Source of the DNA: a virus
Virus record (IMG/VR): IMGVR_UViG_3300025892_000009
Direction: 5' to 3' (one strand)
Length of the DNA stretch: 64,000 bases
Below are positions 39,901 through 48,900 of this stretch, piece by piece. Under the pieces are notes generated by a model that saw only the letters and a list, made by a program, of their open reading frames with translations, did no database searches and had not been told where the DNA came from. A program made the position numbers and the translations under genes. The stretch's first letter is position 1, and each line of letters opens with the position of its first letter.

Positions 39901-42900
39901 GATTGAGGATGCCAGTTTCATACTCAGCAGTACCTGAAGTCTTACTAATAACCAAGCGATCACTAATTACACCCTCATCATCGATATTAGTTTCTTCAAT
40001 AATTGCAGTGTCTCCTTCAAGGTTAGTGATTGCTTCACCAAACTCAAAGATAGTATTAGTATTAAGTGCAGTTACAGACTGCACCAGTGCTGAGAATAAT
40101 GTGGTGCGTTGAATTTCTTCATTAATATTGAAAGGACCACCTACAATATTGATGACATCAATATGATTAGTGCCAGAATCAATGACAGTAGCAACGGCAT
40201 CGGAATTTACGCCTTGGATTTGCTGTCCCAACGTTGGGAAGATACCATAGTTTGCAATACCTGCTTGACCAGAATACAAATTAATTCTATAGATTTGGGT
40301 AGGAGTTACCTCAAGGATCCTATAGTTTACTTTAGATGCTGGTTTAGGCGCTTCTGAGAATACTAAATTGCCACCAACAACTTGATATGAGTCTCCAGGT
40401 GCTTGAATAACTCCATTCAGTGTAATCATCAACTGATTTTGGTTAACGATTACCTGCTCACCTTCAACTGTGATTGGGAATGACTTATCAATACCATTAA
40501 ATAGTGGTGAAATAGTATCAAGTTTCTTGACAATAGAAGTAAGGATTTCCTCAGAAGAAGTCAAACGTCTCTTACGGAAGAGCACTTCAGTATTGTTATA
40601 TTCTGTGTAAATTGGTTGTGCTGCACCAAAAGATGTAATCTGATTTACATTACTATAGTTGTTGATGTTTACCTGCTTGGTAAACTCAGTGCCAATCTTA
40701 CGACCAGAAACATCCTTACCGCCAGTTATTTGCAACTGACCAAATAGTGCAAAACCTGCAGCATGGTTATTTTCCAATACCTGAGTTTTCCAATCTGAGA
40801 TTGGAATCTCAGATTTAATAACATATGAGAAATTCTGATAGAAGAAAGAATCTTGAATTTTTTGGACAATTTCTGAAGGTTTGCCCACATCATCAATAAA
40901 CCTACCAGGAGTCCTAGTTAAGGATCCAATATTAAGGACACCACGAGCAATACTGAGGTTATCAATTACACCAGATGCTTTGGAGATGGTACCTGTTACA
41001 GTTTCACCTTCAACCCAATCTCCAGTATAATCAACAATCTTAAGAATCTTAGGACCGATCTGCCAACCTGTATTCGTAGAGACTACACCAGTTGCACTAG
41101 ACTGCTCAAAGTTGATTCCTTGATATACTGTCTCACCTTCTAAGAATCTAGAAGTTTCTACGATTGCAGTGGCAGCACCACCAAAGATTTCAGTCAACAA
41201 TACTTGACGACCATTACCTTGAGTCAAGAATGTAATGTAGTCACCAGCTTGAGCTGACTGTAGTGTTAATCCAAAACGAATCTGATCAGATTCAAGAGAA
41301 TTTGCATTACCTGCAATTGCATAGTAAGTCTGACCAGCAACAAGCGTGGTCAAACCTGCACTACTTGGTTTTGGCAATTCTCCTACTGAAGATCCTACAT
41401 CTTCTGCACGGAATTGAATTGCTGCCCCAGTTGTAATACCATGTGGGAAGTTAAACTGAAGATAGTTGAGGTCAAGGTTAACAACATAGTTAAATTCAGA
41501 CTTCAATTGCACTTTAGGTTCTGAAGAGTATCCAGCACCAGGACTCTTAATGACAATTTCGGATAGGCGATTATTTTTGACAATTGCTGTTGCTTCTGCA
41601 CCAGATCCACCACCACCTTCAATTACAACAGCAGGAGTTGAAGTGTATCCACTACCTGGGTTTGTAATTTGGATCTCAGACAAGATCGAAGTATTGAAGA
41701 GTTGAAGATTTACAGGGAATGTAATCTCAGGTCTCAATGTATAATCATGAGAATACCCAAAACCAAATTCGTTATTTTTTAGTCTCTTAATCTTACCAAT
41801 ATTTTTACCTGTTAAGAAGACAGACGCTCCACTTCCTTCAGATGGAATAATAACAGATGCAGATGCACCAGATCCAGCAAGTGTAGATCCTAGGATCCCT
41901 GGAATTGCATCAATATCGAGAGTTGCTTCAGTATATCCCTTACCAGGATCAGTTACTGTAATATTTGTAATTGTGCCCGATCCAACTTCATCATCTAATT
42001 CAACGGTAACTGTACATTTAGCACCTTCACCATTACCATCAATCTCAACATCATAATATACACCAGTTGCATATTCTGTGCCACCATCATTGATAATAAT
42101 TTTTTCAATTTGTCGGAAAGAAGCAATATCAGAAATGATAGGTAGTTTCTGATAGAATCCACCTGGAGATACCAATTTGATTGTATTAATAGAACCAATT
42201 GCTCTGGTGGAAGTTGTTGAATAGAAAGAATATGGATTATCAAATTCATCAGTAATAACTTCAGCACTGGTATTTTCAGGCTCCCTTAGAAGTGGGAATT
42301 TGAAGTTATAATCATCGACAATTTCACTAATAGTAAATGTGCCTTGATATGGTGTTGTTATAATGTCAACAAAAGATGTTTCTCCAACAGGAGAATCTGC
42401 ACCTATCCTCGATGGATCAAAGTAATAGGAGATATTAGTAACATCGCCAATGACTGAGAATTGCACATAGGGTGCAGTTGATCCAGCCGACTGAATACCT
42501 GGAGTTCCTTCTCTAACAATATTATTGAAAGAATATTCCAATTTATATTGGTTGTCTTGGGAGAATGATAGGTAGTAACCAAAGTTACTAACGTCCGACA
42601 TATCAAACAGATACTTGTGGTCTCTAGTGAAGATTAGAGTTGGATGTTTTGCATAAATGTTGACATTTGCAATTGAATTTGATACAAATGTAGGATCAGA
42701 GACTGCATTTGATCTGATTGCAAAAGTAAATTCTCTAGTGCCTAAAACTTGATCAATGAAGAAAGATCCATTGAATTGATCGCCTTGGAATCCTTCTGTA
42801 TAGATGATCTCAGATTCTTTAAAGAAGTGTGGTGAATTTGATGTGCAATATACAAACTCAGTCCGTGCCTCACCACCCGTACGGATGATATCCATCTCAA

Positions 42901-45900
42901 GTTGTGCTGTAACTCGGATTTTCTTAACAGAAGCAAAACCACTAATTTCAACACTCTTTTCATCTGATGCTAAAGTGATATTATTAGTGTTGAGAGAAAC
43001 AACGTCTCCAGGAATGAAACTAGATCCAGGATGGATCTCCTCAATTCTTACTCGATAATGATCACCTTGATCGTATGGTAACAAACGAGAATAGTTACCA
43101 ATTGCTTCTTTAGTCTCTACAAATGTCCAAGTAACGGTGCCATCGGAAACTGCACCTGTAGTATGTGTAGGTGGAGTTCCTGTAGTAACACCAGCAACGG
43201 TAACTTCATATACATTCAATCTATACCAAACACGTTGTCCAACTGCATAGAGGCGATGAGACAACCACTCTGGCATATCCAAATTTAGATATTGAGGTCT
43301 GGGGAAAGGATGTTGAGTGAGGTCAACAGTAAACTTACCTGCGTCGTCAAGGAACGACCAGTTAATTACACCATCACTTACAACACCATTATTGTGTGTT
43401 GGTGGGATTGTACCTGAAGTGCCAGCACCTTGTGCTTCGTAAATTCGTTTTGCATAGTAAACTCGATCACCTGATGCATATGCAGTATTAGCTTCCCAAG
43501 GAGACTCTTCTTCTTGAGTATCAAAATATTCACCTGCGATCTCATTAACATCATTTGCTGTTGTGCGGAATCTATCAGTATCATTAAATGTACCGAAAAT
43601 CTTACCAACAGAATAAGTAGTGCCAAGACCAGGTTGGGTCAGAGTGCCTTCAGGGACACTGACAATAGTGCCATATGCTGTAGTAATACCAGAGCTATTA
43701 AATTGTTGGAGGATAGATCCTTTAGTGAGGACTACTTTTTGATTGAAAGTAAATGTCTTGACATTATCAACCTTTTGATACAGAGCATCACGGAAGTAGA
43801 ATTTTTTAATTGCCTCTGCTGTGATTGTGAGTTTTTTACCTAAGGGCGAAGGAACTGTTGAAGTTTTAGATGCAAATTGATCTTTTTCTGAAGTGAATGT
43901 GTAAGTGCCAGGATTCAACGTTGCTGCTGTCTGGGACATATCCAGAATCTGCAAACCGCCAGGACCAACAACCCACTCAGACAAAGCAGGCATATTTAAA
44001 TTAGTCCATACTGTAGAAGTCGCAGCATCTGCAAATTCAAATTGACTATGATTTCTAACATTAGTCAAGGCATAGTTGTTACCTTTATTTGTTTGCAATC
44101 TATCAAATTTGATCAGCACAATATCTGAAGTATCTGATGTGACAGCAATTTCTTCAGTTGGGACTGTATATGATACTCCAGTGTGTGGGGCAATATCATC
44201 AATTACAAAATCGTCAATATGACCAAGGAAGCAATTGGCAGTTGTAGGACTGGACTGAGGACCTGCTACAACGACATCATCCAAACTAATATCATCTGTA
44301 GACTGATATGAAATTTGCTGCACACCATTAATGTATACCTCATATCGATAAAGTCCTAAAGACTCTTGACGTTTTTGGAAGGTTACATGAATCCATGCTG
44401 CAGCTGCAAATGTAGTCCAGTTAGTGGTTGTAGTTGAAATTGCTGCTTCAACACCATTGACATATAAGACAACTCTTTCATAATTACCAGAAGTACTATC
44501 ACCATCAACTGTAAATCTGACAGGGACTCCACCTGATAGTGGATTTACATCAAAGAATACGGGCTCATGTGCATTAGCAGAGTGTGATGTAGTATTCATG
44601 GCAAACCATGCTCTTACACTCCATTCTGTTGTAGACTTAGCATAATTTGTATATGCAATAGGAGCAACAGCATCCAATCTTAAAGATCCACTGCCAAACT
44701 TATAAATGGCAGTATCATGGAAAGTTTGGGCGATATCACCGTATACAATTGTACCAAGATCTTGCTTACTGAAGTCTTCACTTAAATTGGTAGTATTAAA
44801 TCGGAATGAAGCAATCTGATCCGACTGCATACGATCAGCAGCAATGATACAATCTCCAGAGTTGTCAACGACATGAGATTTAGCATGGAAACCAATATTG
44901 CCAGAATCCGAAACCTTAGTTTCTGTAATACGAGTGCCGTCATACTTCAGATACTCAATAAGAGCATATCTTGAGTCTTGTGCTTCAACAACATCACATA
45001 CAACTGTATAGTTTCCAAAGATATCTACTGTAATGCCAGCATGCTTAATCGATTGGAAATCTCCACTTACACTTAGAGTCTTAGTCCATTCCCAACCAGT
45101 GTTTGCAGTTGCATATGGGAATTTACTGACTTGAATCCTATCAAACTTAGATGCAGCATTATTAAAGACATTCCAGACGATAACAGCATCACCATACTCA
45201 TCAAATGCCATTTGTGGATCTCTAGCATACCCACCAATAACAGGAATTTGACGAATATAGTCTATTTCAATATTTGCACCATCAAAGAAGAATACGCCGA
45301 AAATGCAGTCATTATTTTCTTCATTTTCACCAATAAACAGAAAACGATCGTCGGAGATCCACTTAATCTGAGTAAGTTTCTCGGATCCATCCAAAGACGC
45401 AATTTTTCTTTTCTCTGATAGGTCACCCTCTGCATTAAGTTGCACAATCCACATATCAAATGGATCTGGAGAGTTACTATCAGTATATCCTGCCAAGTAA
45501 ATTCTCTTTTCTTGGTCTAGAGCAATACTATTAACATAGTCGCGTCTAGTTGATCCTGAGATGCCAGCAATCGATTGCTGCCATTGGAGAATGCCATCAG
45601 CCTCATTTGCATTGTTAAATCCAGACTTATACAGTCCAATCCAGATGTCTGGGTTATAACTATCATTGTCAGGGGTTTTTGTTTGGCCTGTTACATATAT
45701 GAGGTCGTTTTCTTCGGACTCATCAACGTGCATTTTGATGAATTCGGATCTCTTCTGATTTGCATTTAATGGAATCAAAGTACGATCCCAAATCAATGCA
45801 CCAAGATCATCAAACTTAGCAAGGAATGCTGCCTCGTCTGCATCGGATTCAATAATCTTACCGCAGATATAAGTATAGCGATCACTAGTCTGCACAATGT

Positions 45901-48900
45901 CATTGACAGTTAACTGACTAGTTGCTTCTAGATAATCGGCAATCCAATATCTAGTCTTTTTGTATTGCTGTGGATGAGAAACTCTAATCTGAGGGGGATT
46001 TTCAGGATCATATCCATTACCAGAGTTAATGATATCTGCAGATAGAATTTGTCCTGTATTCAGGAGATTTAATCTCAGAGATGCATCTTGTCCATCGGCA
46101 GCGATCAATTCAAAGGTAGGTGGAATATCTACATTATATCCAACACCCTCTTGCTGCACCGCAATACGCTCAATGCCAGCAACAACCTTAACTTTGAATA
46201 GTTTATTAGTATTGTCGATGATTGGACGTGAATTGACGATCAGCTGATCTTGCTGACGAAGCTCATGCTCAACACTAGTAGTGATAACACCATATGGTCT
46301 ATCACCAATCATCTCTTTGGAATATCCAAGGATAGTCTGACCCTTGACCGATTCAATAATTGCAGATGCACCAAATCCACCAGTATCAGTATTATCAAAG
46401 AAGACAGTATCATTGACCTGATAAGAAACACCAGGATTCTCAATAACAAATCCATCAATCTGAGCATTCTCAAATTGAGTGGTTGTCTCAACTTCAATAT
46501 CAACTCTAGACTCTGCCGATACTTGAGGGAAGTAATCATAGATCTGAAGAGTTGCCTCTTCCGACATTTCTAAGATTTCAGTTTGCTCTGTGGCATCAAT
46601 TAGACCATCATTGTTACTATCTTGAATTTCAAAGATAATTGGATATCCTTCAATTTCAGTAGTTAATGTATCTGCTTCCTGGTTTGGTTGACGATCAATA
46701 TCAATATCAACATTTACATATGGGTCTCTATATCTTACAACACCAGTAGGAATATTTTCTTGAGTTGCTTGCTGACTAGAATTCCAAGCATCTGGTGAAG
46801 AGTTAAACTGGGGACCAATGATATATGGGAATTCTGCAATACCAGCATCTGATGCATCAATTGTAATAAAGTATGCATAGGTGCCATCTGGATATTCTGG
46901 TGTCTTACAGAAACGACCATTATATGTGTCTAGATCACCTTGTTGGAATACATATGTGTAATCTTCAACAAAGCTGCCTGCAGGATATGTTGCAATTGCA
47001 GGACCATCTACACGACTAGGATTTGGATTGGTATCAAGATCATAAACAACATTAGTTTTTAAACCATAAGATGTACGTAACCTTCTAATGCCACTATTCT
47101 GATCTGTAGGATCTGAATATGCATAAGGACCATAAATTGGGTTACCGTCAAATGCCCATCCAATAATAGGAGAGTGTAAGAAGTTTGATTCTAATTCTCT
47201 AAACTGTGTTGTGACAGGATCTAAGAAAACATTATCACCAACAACATATCTCAACTCCTTAGGATCGCTAAGGTGAGCATATTCACCACCAAATTGGTTG
47301 TTATATCCAGTAAAGACATAACCTCTAGCAAAATCAAAGTTATCTTCCAAATCATACTGAAGATTTCTACTCCATTGGAAAACCTCAGGACTGAAGGTTG
47401 CCAACTCACCAATAGATCTCAGTCTAACTGTAGTATTACCTTGAGTATATCCAATACCTCTGTTGGTAATAGTGATACTTAATACTCTACCCTTATCTTC
47501 TCCTGTAGTGCCGATTGTTGCCTGTGCAAGGGCACCAAAACCATCTCCATTGATGATTACCTCAGGCGCAGTTGTATATCCACTACCTGAATTAATAATA
47601 GCAATAGAAACAATACGACCATTCAGCACAATTGGTTGTGCCAATGCACCTTCGCCAGAGTTAACTCTGACCTTAGGTAATGAAGTATATCCACTACCGA
47701 AATTAGTAACCGATACGGATGAAATTGGTCCACGGACGTTTGCAGTTGCTTCTGCACCTAAACCACCACCACCAGTAATCGAAACTGACGGTTGGGCGGA
47801 ATATCCAGATCCAGGTTGATCAACCAGAATTCTAGTAACTCTACCGCCCGTAATAACTGCTTGTGCCGTTGCACCAGATCCATTACCACCAACGATTGAA
47901 ACTAGAGGTGATTCTTCATATCCACTACCTTGATTTGTTACTGTAAATGATGTCAGACTACCGTTAACAACAACTTCACCTGTTGCACCCGATCCACCAC
48001 CACCAGTGATTTCAAGGTTGGGTTTAGTGCCAGCATCATAATTGACACCTACATTGGTAACACTAATAGATGTTAATGGTCCAAAAGTAACAGACTCGCT
48101 TGACTTGTATGACCAAATAGACACACCGTTAATCCAAGCACCAATAGGACTATTATTGGGGGTATCTTTACGCTCAGAGATTGTTTGCACACTTCTAGGG
48201 AATCTCAGCAATTTACGCTGGTTTCCAGGAATAAGTGCCGATTCACTAAAAGGACCAATCTTATAATTAGGCAGACCAGATGCTGCAATATAGACATACT
48301 CATCATTGAAGAATGAGTTTTGAATATTTGTTGTAAACTGGTTAATTACACTATTAATTGAATTTTGATTAGACTTACCACGGTTAAGATCCACTGATAG
48401 TAGAATATTACCTTGTGGAATAATCTCCGTAGGTGTTACTAATTGATATGAGAATACTAACGTATCAATACGTGAAGTTACAATAAATGATCCGTTATAA
48501 ACGACAGGGTTTGCACCATAGATGGTTACAGTGTCTCCAACTAGCAGACCATGGGGATTTTCACAATAAACAGTTGCGGTTTGGTTATTAACACCACCAC
48601 TTTCAATTCTTGAAACTTGAATAAGTTTTTTGACATTATATAACCAAGAATCTAATTTTTTATCATCATCAGTAGATCCAAGGTTGGCAACTTTTAATTT
48701 ATCTCCTGCAATATAGTAAGATCCTGTATTATCTAAAACTGTAGTGCCAGCTTCAGCAATACCCAAGATTCTTAGTTTACACTCAGTGCTAGTATTTCTA
48801 TTAACATACACAAAAATGTCAGATTGAACTGTAGTGCCAGGATCCCAATCTTCTACAATGCCATTTTGACTTCTTGTGCATTCAATAAATTGATTAAGTG

